Assembly: GCA_051531975.1 (NCBI GenBank)
Contig: JAOPTT010000016.1
Location: forward strand, 1 to 64,000
Reading direction: 5' to 3'
Length of the DNA: 64,000 bases
Source: Spirochaetaceae bacterium
Lineage (GTDB): Bacteria > Spirochaetota > Spirochaetia > DSM-2461
In this document: piece after piece, positions 49,019 through 60,157 of the stretch
Layout: every line of letters begins with the position of its first letter
How positions within the stretch are numbered: the first letter of the stretch is position 1
Notes under the pieces: generated by a model
Told to the model about the DNA's origin: nothing
The model's database searches: none
Seen by the model: only the letters and a program-made list of their open reading frames with translations
Translations under genes and position numbers: made by a program

Positions 49019-49975
49019 TTGGATAATTTAAGAGAATACATGGATTTAATAGTAGAATATGATGGTAAGATTCGTATCGACAGATATATATCAGAATCAG
49101 GAATACTTACTCGAAACCAATTAAAAGAGAGAGAGTTGGTAGTTGTTTATAAAGGCAAAGAGATCAAACACGCTAGCAAGGCCAAAAATGGTGAAACATA
49201 TAGTATCAGCTGGTTAAAAGAAGTTGAAATTGATATTCAAGCTGAAGAATTACCACTTGATATAATTTATGAAGATTCAAATACAGTAGTAATTAATAAG
49301 GAGCAAGGAGTCGTTGTTCATCCAGCGTTAGGGAACTATTCAGGTACCTTAGTACAGGGGTTAATGTTCTATATTAAGAACCTGTCAAATGAATTTGAAG
49401 GAGATACCCAAAGACCAGGTATTGTTCATAGATTGGATAAAGATACATCGGGGATTATTATAACAGCTAAAAATACAGACTCATTAAACTTTTTAGCTAC
49501 ACAATTTAGAGATAGAACCAATGTAAAAGAATATCTAGCCATTATTAAAGGTAATCCAATTAAGAAAAGAGATACAATTAAAAGTTATCTAAAAAGAGAC
49601 ACTAAGGATCGAAAAAAATTCATGTCTAGCGATGATGAAACTATAGGTAAGTATGCAGAAACTGATTATGTAGTACTTAGTTCTAACGATAAATATTCTC
49701 TTGTAAAGTTGATTCTTAAAACTGGAAGAACTCATCAGATAAGAGTACATATGAAGCATCTTGGGCATCCTATAGTTGGAGATCCTATTTACTCTAGAAC
49801 AGATAGTAACCATAGGGATGCAACACTAATGCTTCATTCATATCATTTAGGAATAAATCTATTTAATGAAGATTTTATGAGAGATTTTTATTGTCCCCTA
49901 CCTGAACGTATGATTAAATTTATGGAAGTAGAAGAAATCTCAATGCCGGCTATTTTAGAGGAGCATAAAGATTAA
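49019..49975 (+). CDS. RluA/RluD family pseudouridine synthase
   Basis: S4-like RIDRY; VHRLDKDTSG; TGRTHQIRVH; start uncertain (TTG 49019 chosen). Confidence 0.92.
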   Translation: MDNLREYMDLIVEYDGKIRIDRYISESGILTRNQLKERELVVVYKGKEIKHASKAKNGETYSISWLKEVEIDIQAEELPLDIIYEDSNTVVINKEQGVVVHPALGNYSGTLVQGLMFYIKNLSNEFEGDTQRPGIVHRLDKDTSGIIITAKNTDSLNFLATQFRDRTNVKEYLAIIKGNPIKKRDTIKSYLKRDTKDRKKFMSSDDETIGKYAETDYVVLSSNDKYSLVKLILKTGRTHQIRVHMKHLGHPIVGDPIYSRTDSNHRDATLMLHSYHLGINLFNEDFMRDFYCPLPERMIKFMEVEEISMPAILEEHKD

Positions 49976-50519
49976 ACATCTTCTTTTCAGTTTCTAATAT
50001 TGATGGAGGACCATGACCAGGAAACATTATGGCATGGTCTTCTAAGATTAATAACTTTTCTTCTATAGTATCTATTAACATTTCTTCTTGGTATTTACTA
50101 TCTGTGCGACCTAAAAGCCCAGCTGAAATTACATCTCCAACAAAAACCATATTACCAATTTTATATACAAGTGAATCTGAAGAGTGCCCAGGGATAAAAA
50201 TCGCTTCAACATTGTATCCAGATAACTTTAAAGTCTCACCATCAACAATACTATTAGAATCAAAATCACCAACATGGGAATAGAAAGAGTAGATTTGTGC
50301 ATCATATATTTTTTTTATTGTTCTTAATGCTTCATAATGATGAATATGAGTATGGGTTATTAAAATATGCTTTATATAAAAATTGTTTTTTTCAATAAGA
50401 TCTAACATATGAATATCCATAATTCCTGGATCGATTAAAATAGCATCTCCACCTGCATCAGGACCAACAATATAACTATTTGCTTTACCAAACATAGAAA
50501 AATGTTTAAGAATCTTCAT
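49950..50519 (-). CDS. MBL-fold hydrolase (glyoxalase II-like)
   Basis: LIDPG, THTHIHH, PGHSSD, FPGHG. Confidence 0.85.
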   Translation of the reverse strand: MKILKHFSMFGKANSYIVGPDAGGDAILIDPGIMDIHMLDLIEKNNFYIKHILITHTHIHHYEALRTIKKIYDAQIYSFYSHVGDFDSNSIVDGETLKLSGYNVEAIFIPGHSSDSLVYKIGNMVFVGDVISAGLLGRTDSKYQEEMLIDTIEEKLLILEDHAIMFPGHGPPSILETEKKMFNLYAPLK

Positions 50520-51048
50520 TAGTACTTCCTCTATTAAAAAATGCTTCTTCTATATTTGATAATTTAAAGGAAACTTTATTATTAATATAATCTGAAAAGT
50601 CTACTCGTTTCAAATTACAATCGATAAATTGACTTTGATCTATAAAACTTCCAATAAATCTAGAAAGATATAGATCCGAATTGTTAAATATACATTTAAA
50701 TATTGTGGAGATATTAAAATTATTATTTAGTATCTCACAATCAGAAAAATCTGTATTTTTTAATACAGAATCAGAAAATATAGAATCAACTATAATGCTT
50801 TTTCCAAGGTTACACTGGTTAAAACTAGATTTATTAAAAAAACACATATTAATTTTGCTGTTTCTCAAATAAGTTTGATTAAATGATGTATTGTTAAATT
50901 GGCAAAAGTGAAAACTCTTATTTGATAAATCTAGATTATCAAATGATAAACTAGAGAAATTATCCTTATAAAAAGACTGTTTAGAATTAATATAATCTAT
51001 GACTTTTTGCATATAACAAAGGTTAAGTTGAATATTAATAATTATCAA
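50506..51048 (-). CDS. Pentapeptide repeat protein
   Basis: Repeated F/L-x-x-x-x periodicity; true start probably ATG ~51012. Confidence 0.8.
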   Translation of the reverse strand: MIIINIQLNLCYMQKVIDYINSKQSFYKDNFSSLSFDNLDLSNKSFHFCQFNNTSFNQTYLRNSKINMCFFNKSSFNQCNLGKSIIVDSIFSDSVLKNTDFSDCEILNNNFNISTIFKCIFNNSDLYLSRFIGSFIDQSQFIDCNLKRVDFSDYINNKVSFKLSNIEEAFFNRGSTNEDS

Positions 51049-51148
51049 GCAATAAATTAAAATAGCTTTAGTATCATTTACTTAATAACAACACTGATTT
51101 ATACTAATTTCATGTTAAAGAAATATATAATAATGAAGGTTTCTTTTA

Positions 51149-51943
51149 ATGGATAAACCTATTGTTTTTTATGATTCCGGAATTGGAGGAATACCATATC
51201 TTACTTATCTTAGAGATCAGATTCCTTATGAAGATTTTATTTATGTAGCTGATAATAATAATTTCCCATATGGTGATAAACCGGAAGAAGTGATATTGGA
51301 AATAATAACAAATATAATAAAAAGAATAGTAAAGACATTTAGTCCTAAAGTTATTGTTATAGCTTGTAATACCGCTACAGTTACAGCATTAGATGTTTTA
51401 CGAACTATAATAGATATTCCACTTGTAGGTGTTGTTCCAGCAATAAAAACTGCCGCTTCAGTGACAAAAAACAATAAAATAGGAATTTTAGCTACAAATA
51501 GAACGGTTAATGGTTCTTATTTAAAACAATTGATAGATAATTTTTCATCAGATAAAGAAGTATTCTTAGTGGGCGCTTCTGAACTAGTTCAATTTGTTGA
51601 AGATAAATATTATAATTCTTCAACTAAAAATATAGATAGATTTATATCAAAATCAGTTTCAAAATTAAAAATATATGATGTTGATTCAGTTGTCTTGGGA
51701 TGTACACATTTTATACATGTTGCTATTGAAATTAATAAAGCATTAGGAAAAAATGTTAATATAATAGATTCTAGAGAAGGGGTCTCTAATCAAGTTCTCA
51801 GAGTTATTACATCTAAAAAAAATAAAAACAACAGTGGATCAAGTCACTTCTATCTAACGAAAGAGATAGATCTTTGTAAAAATTATAGAAGTTTGTGTAT
51901 GAAATCAAAGTTAAAATATATAGGAGAAATCAAAGTTTGTTAG
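51149..51943 (+). CDS. murI: Glutamate racemase
   Basis: DSGIGG, FPYG, IACNTA, VLGCTHF. Confidence 0.95.
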   Translation: MDKPIVFYDSGIGGIPYLTYLRDQIPYEDFIYVADNNNFPYGDKPEEVILEIITNIIKRIVKTFSPKVIVIACNTATVTALDVLRTIIDIPLVGVVPAIKTAASVTKNNKIGILATNRTVNGSYLKQLIDNFSSDKEVFLVGASELVQFVEDKYYNSSTKNIDRFISKSVSKLKIYDVDSVVLGCTHFIHVAIEINKALGKNVNIIDSREGVSNQVLRVITSKKNKNNSGSSHFYLTKEIDLCKNYRSLCMKSKLKYIGEIKVC

Positions 51944-52857
51944 AAGGTGTAGTTCTTTGGGGAATGAATAATATATTTACAGTATTAGTCAATGATAGAA
52001 AAATTGAATGCCGAATAAAAGGGAAAGTTTTAAAAGATAAAGTAAAAGCATATAATCCTTTAGCCAGTGGTGATAAAGTAATAATTGAGTTAGATCCTAT
52101 ATCAGAAAATCATGGAATGATTATTAGAAGGACTGACCGTTTAAATCATTTTTCTAGATGGAATAAAAAAAGAAATGCACCACAAATTATTGCGGCAAAC
52201 ATTGATATGGTTATATGTGTATGCTCTCCTGAATCACCACCATTTAGACCTAGGTTTATTGATAGAGCACTTATTTCAGCTGAAAATGGTGGAGTAACAC
52301 CAGTTGTTGTATTAAATAAAATTGATCAGGAAATATCTGAAGAAGTTGAACAACGATTAAAAGGATATACTGACCTTGGTTATAAAGTTCTTAGGGTCTC
52401 AGCCCAAACCGGAGAGAATATTGAAGAATTAAGAGATTATATAAAAGGTAAAAAAACTGCTTTTGTAGGTCAATCTGGTGTAGGGAAATCCACAATACTT
52501 AATGCTCTTAATCCAGAATTGATGTTGAGAGTTGGTGAGATAAGTGAAAAATTTAATAGAGGTAAACACACCACATGTTTTGCTGTGATGGTACCTCTTC
52601 CTGATTATACTATTATTGATACCCCAGGTATAAGGGAACTTAATATTTATGGTGTAGATCCTAGAGTTTTATCACATTTTTTCCCAGAATTTGATGAATA
52701 TTGGGGGGATTGTAAGTTTAAAGGTTGTACTCATACACATGAACCTGGTTGTGTCATAAAAGAAGCAATTATTAGAGGGGATATAGATGAGGATAGGTTT
52801 AAAGGGTATAATTCGATAATTCAAGAATTAGAAGATTCTTTGATAAAATTTTATTAA
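51937..52857 (+). CDS. rsgA: Ribosome small subunit GTPase RsgA
   Basis: NKID, GQSGVGKS, GKHTT, DTPG, CKFKGCTHTHEPGC; start placed at TTG after AGGAG. Confidence 0.95.
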   Translation: MLEGVVLWGMNNIFTVLVNDRKIECRIKGKVLKDKVKAYNPLASGDKVIIELDPISENHGMIIRRTDRLNHFSRWNKKRNAPQIIAANIDMVICVCSPESPPFRPRFIDRALISAENGGVTPVVVLNKIDQEISEEVEQRLKGYTDLGYKVLRVSAQTGENIEELRDYIKGKKTAFVGQSGVGKSTILNALNPELMLRVGEISEKFNRGKHTTCFAVMVPLPDYTIIDTPGIRELNIYGVDPRVLSHFFPEFDEYWGDCKFKGCTHTHEPGCVIKEAIIRGDIDEDRFKGYNSIIQELEDSLIKFY

Positions 52858-52897
52858 GCTCTATTGAAAGAGATTGCATGAGCGTATACAATGTGGC

Positions 52898-53533
52898 ATG
52901 TTAATTTCCTCAAGATTAAAGTTTAATCAGTTATTTATAAAGCTTTTATTTCCCATGATTTTGTTAATGTTTAACTCATGTCTTACAATTGAGTCTGATA
53001 TGAAATTAAATAGTAATGGAAGTGGAGAAATCGACATAAATTATATTTTAGACCAAGGATTAAAAGGTATCTCAAGCTTAGGATCGGATGATGACATTGT
53101 TCCTCTTAATCTTAGTGAGGATTATATACGTGAAATTTCGGCTAATAGAGATGATATTAGATATAAAAATTATGTAATAACTGAAGATGAATCATTTTAT
53201 AACGTAAGTGTTACATTTGAGTTTGATTCAATTGAAGCTTTAAATAGTGTACTTCCAAAAGAGAATGCTATAAGTATTAAAAAAGAGGGGAATGAAACAG
53301 TTTTGTTTCAGAATCTTATTTCAGACAGTTCGGAAGAGTTGAATTCTGAAACACTTGGAATTTTTAAAGATATTTTCGCGGATCACTCTGTAACCTTTAA
53401 AATTAAAACTCCAAGTGAGATTATTAAAGTTGAAAATGGATCTAAAATTGGTACTAATATTGCTATTTATCAGGAAAGCTTTATTGATGTAATTAGTACT
53501 ACAGAAAAAAAATCTTGGAGTATTAGATGGTGA
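52898..53533 (+). CDS. Hypothetical lipoprotein
   Basis: Lipobox FNSC followed by LNSNGSG; start placed at ATG 52898. Confidence 0.7.
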   Translation: MLISSRLKFNQLFIKLLFPMILLMFNSCLTIESDMKLNSNGSGEIDINYILDQGLKGISSLGSDDDIVPLNLSEDYIREISANRDDIRYKNYVITEDESFYNVSVTFEFDSIEALNSVLPKENAISIKKEGNETVLFQNLISDSSEELNSETLGIFKDIFADHSVTFKIKTPSEIIKVENGSKIGTNIAIYQESFIDVISTTEKKSWSIRW

Positions 53534-53534
53534 T

Positions 53535-53933
53535 ATGCAGAGTTCACAATCAATAGAATGGGATCGACAGTTAAAAAAACTTTTTGATGATGTTGATGAC
53601 TATTTAGAGGATAAATATGGAGACTTATATCCATTACATCCAAATAGAATGAAAAGAGGTTTGACATCTAATAAAGAAATGGATGGTCTTATCAATATAG
53701 GGGCATCTTTTTCTCCTGGATATGGTACCGAATTTGGAAGAGGCTACGTTATAGATTTACACTTATCAACATTAGTAGGTGTCGATTCTGAAACAAAGAA
53801 TCAAATTGAGATAAACGCTATAAAAATGGTTGGTAAACTTCTGGATAAATATTTTCCTGGTAGGGCACTAGATATAAAAAAAGATGGAGTCATCTACAAA
53901 ATTTGTGGTGATTTATCATTAGGTTCTTTATAG
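53535..53933 (+). CDS. Conserved hypothetical protein
   Basis: LEDKYGDLYPLHPNR...DGL..GASFSPGYGTEFGRGY; well-formed 132 aa ORF. Confidence 0.75.
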   Translation: MQSSQSIEWDRQLKKLFDDVDDYLEDKYGDLYPLHPNRMKRGLTSNKEMDGLINIGASFSPGYGTEFGRGYVIDLHLSTLVGVDSETKNQIEINAIKMVGKLLDKYFPGRALDIKKDGVIYKICGDLSLGSL

Positions 53934-53974
53934 AACATTAAATTAGAAATTTTAAGCTGTGGAGGCTTGTTCAT

Positions 53975-55384
53975 ATGAATAAAAGAAAACAAACGAAAAT
54001 TGTAGCAACAATTTCGGATTTAAATTGTAGTGTTGAATTTTTAACTACACTTTACAAAAATGGAATGAATGTTGTTAGGCTTAACACTGCTCATCAATCA
54101 CACGATGGATCATTATTAGTTATTGATAATGTTAGGAAAGTTGCAAACGATATCCCTCTGTTAATTGATACTAAGGGACCAGAAGTTAGAACTTTTAACA
54201 TTGGTAAAGAAGGTTTACCTGTAGAAGAAGGCGAGATTATAGCTATTGGAGCTGATCTTGGTGATGAGAAAGGATTCTTTACAAATTATGATGGATTTGT
54301 TGGTGACATTCCTGTTGGAGCTGATGTTCTAATTGACGATGGTGAAACAGCAATGGTTGTTGTTGAAAAAACTGATAAAAAACTTATGGTGAAGATTTTA
54401 AACAGTGGTGTTATTAAAAATAAGAAAAGTATTAACACACCTGGTGTTCATTTAGAGTTACCATCAATTTCTGAAAAAGATGCAGAATATATCAAGTTTG
54501 CTGCAGAGCATAATGTTGAATTTATTGCTCACTCTTTTGTTAGAAATGGTCAAGATGTTAAAGATGTTCAGGCACTTTTAGATGCTGCTGGTTCTGGTGC
54601 AAAAATCATTGCAAAAATTGAGAACCGTGAGGGTGTTGATAATTTAGAAGAAATTCTAGATGAGTGTTATGGAGTTATGATTGCAAGGGGTGACCTTGGA
54701 ATTGAGATCCCAGCTCAAGAAGTACCAGCTATTCAAAAAGAGATGATTAGAGCATGTATTAGAAGAGCTAAGCCAGTTATTACTGCTACTCAGATGTTAC
54801 ATACAATGATTGATAATCCAAGACCTACTAGAGCGGAAGTAAGTGATGTTGCTAATGCAGTTTTTGACGGAACTGATGCTTTAATGTTAAGTGGTGAGAC
54901 TGCATATGGTAAATATCCATTAGAATCAGTACAAACTATGAATAAAATTGCACTTGAAATTGAAGCACATACTCCAGATTTAAGTGATGCTCCAGTTATT
55001 AGTTCATTTAACCATGTGAGAAACTTCTTAGCTAAAAAAGCTGTAGAAGCTACTAGTGAGTTACCAATAAAGTCGACTATTGTTTGTGCAAAGACAGGTT
55101 CTTCTGCAAGAATAGTTGCGTCATATAGAGGTAAATTACCTACTTTTGTTAAATGTATGCACGAAGATGTAATGAAAACATTATCTCTTACATATGGTGT
55201 TTATGCATCAACAATTGAAGAGTGTGAACATAGAGATGAATTAGTTTCTAAAGCACTTCAATCTTTAATTGATTCAAAATCAATTGACCCAGAAGATGAA
55301 GTTGTTATTTTAGCTGGAACACCTGGAGATAATGACAAAGCACCTGAATTTATTCAGATTGCTATAGCAAAAGACTGTATTTAA
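53975..55384 (+). CDS. pyk: Pyruvate kinase
   Basis: TKIVATI, DTKGPEVR, IIAKIEN, ARGDLG, ATQML, MLSGETA. Confidence 0.97.
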   Translation: MNKRKQTKIVATISDLNCSVEFLTTLYKNGMNVVRLNTAHQSHDGSLLVIDNVRKVANDIPLLIDTKGPEVRTFNIGKEGLPVEEGEIIAIGADLGDEKGFFTNYDGFVGDIPVGADVLIDDGETAMVVVEKTDKKLMVKILNSGVIKNKKSINTPGVHLELPSISEKDAEYIKFAAEHNVEFIAHSFVRNGQDVKDVQALLDAAGSGAKIIAKIENREGVDNLEEILDECYGVMIARGDLGIEIPAQEVPAIQKEMIRACIRRAKPVITATQMLHTMIDNPRPTRAEVSDVANAVFDGTDALMLSGETAYGKYPLESVQTMNKIALEIEAHTPDLSDAPVISSFNHVRNFLAKKAVEATSELPIKSTIVCAKTGSSARIVASYRGKLPTFVKCMHEDVMKTLSLTYGVYASTIEECEHRDELVSKALQSLIDSKSIDPEDEVVILAGTPGDNDKAPEFIQIAIAKDCI

Positions 55385-55446
55385 TTTTAAAAAATAGTTG
55401 CATTAATATTTGCCTCTACTTATTATTATGAGTAGAGGTAATATTT

Positions 55447-55800
55447 ATGACTCAAGAGAAAGATAAATATTTAAAAATATTTAAAATAGAATTAACAAAT
55501 CTTATCGATGACGTTTCTGCGTTGATTAATTATGAAAAAGAATTACATGAATCAAGAGCTCACTCAAATTTTGTCTACTTAGAGAATCTAGTAGTACTTA
55601 AAGACGAAATAATGGGGATTAACGGTATTTTAGGGCATATTGATGATATGGCTAATGAACTTGATGATACTAATTATATAGATGATCTATTAGTATCAAT
55701 AGAGAGTTTTATACAAAAAAGGGGCTATCCTATGGCCGTCTTTGATCTAATTAAAGGGAAAGTAAAAAGAATAGAATCTATTAGAGATATTTATATCTAA
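55447..55800 (+). CDS. Hypothetical protein
   Basis: 117 aa helical ORF with AGAGG SD. Confidence 0.7.
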   Translation: MTQEKDKYLKIFKIELTNLIDDVSALINYEKELHESRAHSNFVYLENLVVLKDEIMGINGILGHIDDMANELDDTNYIDDLLVSIESFIQKRGYPMAVFDLIKGKVKRIESIRDIYI

Positions 55801-55910
55801 GAATATCACTTGATATTAAACTTTTCTGGTATTAAAATGTTAATAATTTTAATGTATATCATTATACAAATATATATTATTTGAACTTATAATAGAAATT
55901 GGAGGAATTC

Positions 55911-56522
55911 ATGGATGTTCAATTAAAAGAACTAATTGACAAAATAAAGATTGACGGTGTTAAAAGTGCCGAAGATAGTGCTAAAACTATAATTGCTGAA
56001 GCAGAAAAAAAAGCTGATCAAATTGTCAGTAATGCTGAAAAAAAAGCTAATGATGTTAAAGAAAGTGCTTTGGCAGAAGCTGAAGTTTCAAAGCAAGCTG
56101 GTATTAGTGCTGTTAAGCAATCTGCAAGAGATCTAGTTATTGATCTAAAGAAAGAAATTGAAGGTATTTTTGATAGTCTAATTAAGACTGAAACTACTGA
56201 ATCTTTAAAAGGTGATGAATTGGCTAATGCCATAGTTGCTGTTCTAGGAAATTGGAATAAAGATGACGTTTCTGACTTAAAAGTTTTACTTCCTAGTTCA
56301 GAAGAAGAGAATGTTAAAAAATCAATTATAAAGAAATTTTCTGATGCAGTTAAAGCTGGACTTGAAATTAAACCTCAAGAGGGTTTAGATGCTGGTTTTA
56401 AATTATCTGAAAAAGATGGAAATGTTTATTATGATTTCACTGCAGAGGGTGTTGGTCAGATGATGGCTGAATATTTAAGTCCTCAGTTAGCTGAAATTGT
56501 TAAGGACGTAAAGGAGAGTTAG
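55911..56522 (+). CDS. V-type ATP synthase subunit E
   Basis: MDVQLKELIDKIKIDGV; first gene of operon; GGAGG SD. Confidence 0.9.
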   Translation: MDVQLKELIDKIKIDGVKSAEDSAKTIIAEAEKKADQIVSNAEKKANDVKESALAEAEVSKQAGISAVKQSARDLVIDLKKEIEGIFDSLIKTETTESLKGDELANAIVAVLGNWNKDDVSDLKVLLPSSEEENVKKSIIKKFSDAVKAGLEIKPQEGLDAGFKLSEKDGNVYYDFTAEGVGQMMAEYLSPQLAEIVKDVKES

Positions 56523-56525
56523 GAT

Positions 56526-57083
56526 ATGAGTCAGTATTATTTTACTGCAGCGTCATTACCTCTTTTGTCTATTGATAGTAAACCTAGTATTACTGTAGAT
56601 TCATTTTTAAGTACTTGTGAATTACATCTTACTGATTCGGACTATAATATACTAAAAAATAGTAGTATTAGAGTTCCAGAAGATGAAGATGCACTTAGTG
56701 GTGTTTCAAAAGAATGTTGGGATTGGGAAAAATCTTTACGGAATGAGTTAGTAAAATTACGTGCCGGGAAAATGGAACTTTCTTCTGAAGCTTATTTAAG
56801 AGAAGGAGATCCAGCATTTGGTACAGGCAGAATTGCAGCTGAAGCTATAAAATGTGAATCGCCATTAGAAGCAGAAAATTTTTTAAATGCTTCAAGATTA
56901 GCTTTTTTAGATACACTTTCTGTTGGGCATTATTTTGATTTAACTTTCTTAGTAATTTACTATTTGAAACTTCAACTTTTTGATAGAGTTTCACTGTTTG
57001 ATAGTGAAAAAGGTTTTGAAAAATATCAAGAAATATATAAAAATATACTTACAGCTTACGAAGCTGGGGGAACGGGGATATAG
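56526..57083 (+). CDS. V-type ATPase subunit C-like (DUF2764)
   Basis: YYFTAASLP, WEKSLRNELVKLRA, YYLKLQL; operon position. Confidence 0.8.
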   Translation: MSQYYFTAASLPLLSIDSKPSITVDSFLSTCELHLTDSDYNILKNSSIRVPEDEDALSGVSKECWDWEKSLRNELVKLRAGKMELSSEAYLREGDPAFGTGRIAAEAIKCESPLEAENFLNASRLAFLDTLSVGHYFDLTFLVIYYLKLQLFDRVSLFDSEKGFEKYQEIYKNILTAYEAGGTGI

Positions 57084-58850
57084 ATGAAAAGTGCAGGAAA
57101 AGTCATTGGTGTTAATGGTAATATGGTTACAGTAGAAGTAACCGGAACTGTTTCCATGAATGAAGTAGGTTACATTCTTGTAGATGGAAAAAGACTAAAG
57201 TCTGAGGTTATTAGAATCTTGGGTAATAGTTGTCAAATGCAAGTTTTTGAGATGACAAAAGGAACTAGAATTGGTGATGAAGTAGAATTTTCAAACGAAC
57301 TTCTAGCTGTTGAGTTAGGTCCCGGTTTATTAAAGCAGGTATATGATGGTTTACAAAACCCTCTACCTGAATTAGCTGAAGCGGCTGGATTCTTTTTAGA
57401 AAGAGGGATCTATTTAAAAGCCTTAGATCGTAAAGTAGAGTGGGAATTTACACCTATTTCAAGTATTGGTGACATTGTTGAAAAAGCTGATACTTTAGGA
57501 ACTGTCCCTGAAGGACCATTTACACATCAAATAATGGTACCATTTAATTTATTAAAAAAATATAAAGTTAAAACAATTGTTTCTGCTGGTAAGTATAAAG
57601 TAGATGATGTTGTTGCAGAACTAGAAGATGATAAAGGTAATGTTATACCTGTAAAAATGTACTTCGAATGGCCTGTTAAAAGGGCTATTAAATGTTATGA
57701 AGAGCGACTAAAGCCTACTAAACCAATGATTACTAAAGTTCGACTTATTGATACTTTCTTACCTGTTGCTCTAGGTGGTACATATTGTATTCCTGGACCA
57801 TTTGGTGCTGGTAAAACTGTTTTACAACAGGTTACAAGTAAAAATGCAGAAGTTGATATTGTAATAGTTGCAGCATGTGGTGAGCGTGCAGGTGAGGTTG
57901 TTGAAACACTTAAGGAATTCCCTGAGTTAATTGACCCTAAAACTGGTAAGTCCTTAATGGAAAGAACAGTTATTATTTGTAATACTTCTTCAATGCCGGT
58001 AGCATCAAGAGAAGCATCTGTATATACAGCTGTTACAATTGGTGAATACTATCGTCAGATGGGATTAAACGTATTACTTTTAGCTGACTCAACATCAAGA
58101 TGGGCTCAAGCAATGAGAGAGATGTCTGGTCGTCTAGAAGAGATTCCTGGTGAAGAGGCATTCCCAGCATATTTAGAATCTGTTATTGCAGGTTTTTATG
58201 AAAGAGCTGGTATTGTTAGACTTAAAGGTGGAAAAGAAGGTTCTGTTACTATTGGTGGAACAGTATCTCCAGCTGGTGGTAACTTTGAGGAACCTGTAAC
58301 ACAAGCAACTTTAAAAGTTGTTGGTGCATTTCATGGTTTAAGCAGAGAGAGATCAGATGCTAGAAAGTATCCTGCAATTGACCCAATGGAATCTTGGAGT
58401 AAATATCCAAGTGTATTAAACGCTGCTGGTGTAGATTATGCTAGAAAGATTTTATTTAGAGGTGGCGAAATTGAATCAATGATGAAAGTTGTTGGTGAAG
58501 AGGGTACTGCTATAGATGATTATATTATCTATCTTAAATCTGACTTTTTAGATTCAGTTTATTTACAACAAAACTCATTTGATCCAATTGATGCTGCTGT
58601 AATAGTAGAAAGACAGAAACATATCTTTAAATATATATTAGAAATTATGGGCGCACAGTTCTCATTTGAGAGTAAGAACGAAGCAAGAACCTACTTTAAC
58701 GCACTTAGACAGGCATTTATTGATTATAATGGTGTTGAATGGGAAACTGATGAATTCTTCAAACGTGAGAAAACTATGTTAGCGACCTTAAATGAGAAAA
58801 AAGTAGGTTTAGATAGTATTGCTGCTGAACTTATTCAGGAAGAGGTGTAG
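57084..58850 (+). CDS. V-type ATP synthase subunit A
   Basis: [33 protein letters not shown]. Confidence 0.97.
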   Translation: MKSAGKVIGVNGNMVTVEVTGTVSMNEVGYILVDGKRLKSEVIRILGNSCQMQVFEMTKGTRIGDEVEFSNELLAVELGPGLLKQVYDGLQNPLPELAEAAGFFLERGIYLKALDRKVEWEFTPISSIGDIVEKADTLGTVPEGPFTHQIMVPFNLLKKYKVKTIVSAGKYKVDDVVAELEDDKGNVIPVKMYFEWPVKRAIKCYEERLKPTKPMITKVRLIDTFLPVALGGTYCIPGPFGAGKTVLQQVTSKNAEVDIVIVAACGERAGEVVETLKEFPELIDPKTGKSLMERTVIICNTSSMPVASREASVYTAVTIGEYYRQMGLNVLLLADSTSRWAQAMREMSGRLEEIPGEEAFPAYLESVIAGFYERAGIVRLKGGKEGSVTIGGTVSPAGGNFEEPVTQATLKVVGAFHGLSRERSDARKYPAIDPMESWSKYPSVLNAAGVDYARKILFRGGEIESMMKVVGEEGTAIDDYIIYLKSDFLDSVYLQQNSFDPIDAAVIVERQKHIFKYILEIMGAQFSFESKNEARTYFNALRQAFIDYNGVEWETDEFFKREKTMLATLNEKKVGLDSIAAELIQEEV

Positions 58851-58855
58851 CTGAT

Positions 58856-60154
58856 ATGAGAAAAGTATATAGTAAAATAGAAACTATTGCCGGAAACGTT
58901 ATTTCAGTAAAAGCTGAAGGTGTTCAATACGGTGAGTTAGCAAATGTATCTACAGCTTATGGTGATACTCTTGCTGAAGTTATTAAGTTAGATGGAGATT
59001 TAGTTTCCATGCAAGTTTTTGCTGGTGGTAGAGGTATCTCTACTGGTGATGAAGTACGATTTTTAGGTGATCCTATGAGGGTTTCATTTTCAGATAATCT
59101 TCAAGGTCGGATTTTTGACGGATCAGGTAAACCAAGAGATAATGGTCCTGAGTTAACAGATAACCTTATAACAATTGGTGGACCTTCTGTTAATCCTGCA
59201 AAAAGAATTATACCTAGAAATATGATTAGAACTGGTATTCCTATGATTGACCTTTTTAATACTTTGGTTGAGTCACAGAAATTACCTATATTTTCAGTTT
59301 CTGGAGAGCCTTATAATCAGTTACTTTCAAGAATTGCTATGCAAGCTGAAGTAGATCTAATTATATTAGGTGGAATGGGACTTAAATACGATGATTACCT
59401 TTTCTTTAAAGAAGAGTTAGAAAACGGTGGTGCCATGAGTAGAACAATTATGTTTGTTCATACTGCATCTGATCCAGTTGTAGAGTCGTTAATGGTTCCA
59501 GATATTTCATTGGCTGTTGCTGAAAAATTTGCCTTACAAGGGAAGAAAGTATTAGTTCTTTTGACTGATATGACAAACTTTGCTGATGCAATGAAAGAAA
59601 TTGCTATTACTCAAGAGCAAGTTCCTTCAAACAGGGGTTATCCTGGAGATCTGTACTCTCAGTTAGCTTCAAGATATGAAAAAGCTGTAGACTTTGAAGG
59701 TGCAGGGTCAATAACCATATTAGGTGTTACTACAATGCCTGGTGATGATGTTACCCACCCAGTTCCAGATAATACAGGTTATATTACTGAGGGACAATAC
59801 TATTTAAAGAACGGAAGAATTGAGCCATTTGGTTCTCTTTCTAGACTTAAGCAACAGGTTAATGACAAAACTAGAGATGATCATAGAGCAATAATGGATG
59901 GTATGATTAAATTATACGCTGCTTATAAATCTTCTCTTGAAAAGAAATCTATGGGTTTCAATATGTCAGCTTGGGATGAAAAACTACTTAAATATGGAGA
60001 GCAATTTGAAAAGGGTATGATGGATTTATCTGTTAATATTCCTTTAGAAAAAGCTTTAGATTTAGGTTGGGAAATAATGTCTTCTTGTTTTGAAAAAGAA
60101 GAAACAGGTCTTAAAACTGACTTAATTAATCAGTATTGGCCAAAGGATAAGTAG
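58856..60154 (+). CDS. V-type ATP synthase subunit B
   Basis: [30 protein letters not shown]. Confidence 0.97.
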   Translation: MRKVYSKIETIAGNVISVKAEGVQYGELANVSTAYGDTLAEVIKLDGDLVSMQVFAGGRGISTGDEVRFLGDPMRVSFSDNLQGRIFDGSGKPRDNGPELTDNLITIGGPSVNPAKRIIPRNMIRTGIPMIDLFNTLVESQKLPIFSVSGEPYNQLLSRIAMQAEVDLIILGGMGLKYDDYLFFKEELENGGAMSRTIMFVHTASDPVVESLMVPDISLAVAEKFALQGKKVLVLLTDMTNFADAMKEIAITQEQVPSNRGYPGDLYSQLASRYEKAVDFEGAGSITILGVTTMPGDDVTHPVPDNTGYITEGQYYLKNGRIEPFGSLSRLKQQVNDKTRDDHRAIMDGMIKLYAAYKSSLEKKSMGFNMSAWDEKLLKYGEQFEKGMMDLSVNIPLEKALDLGWEIMSSCFEKEETGLKTDLINQYWPKDK

Positions 60155-60157
60155 AGA

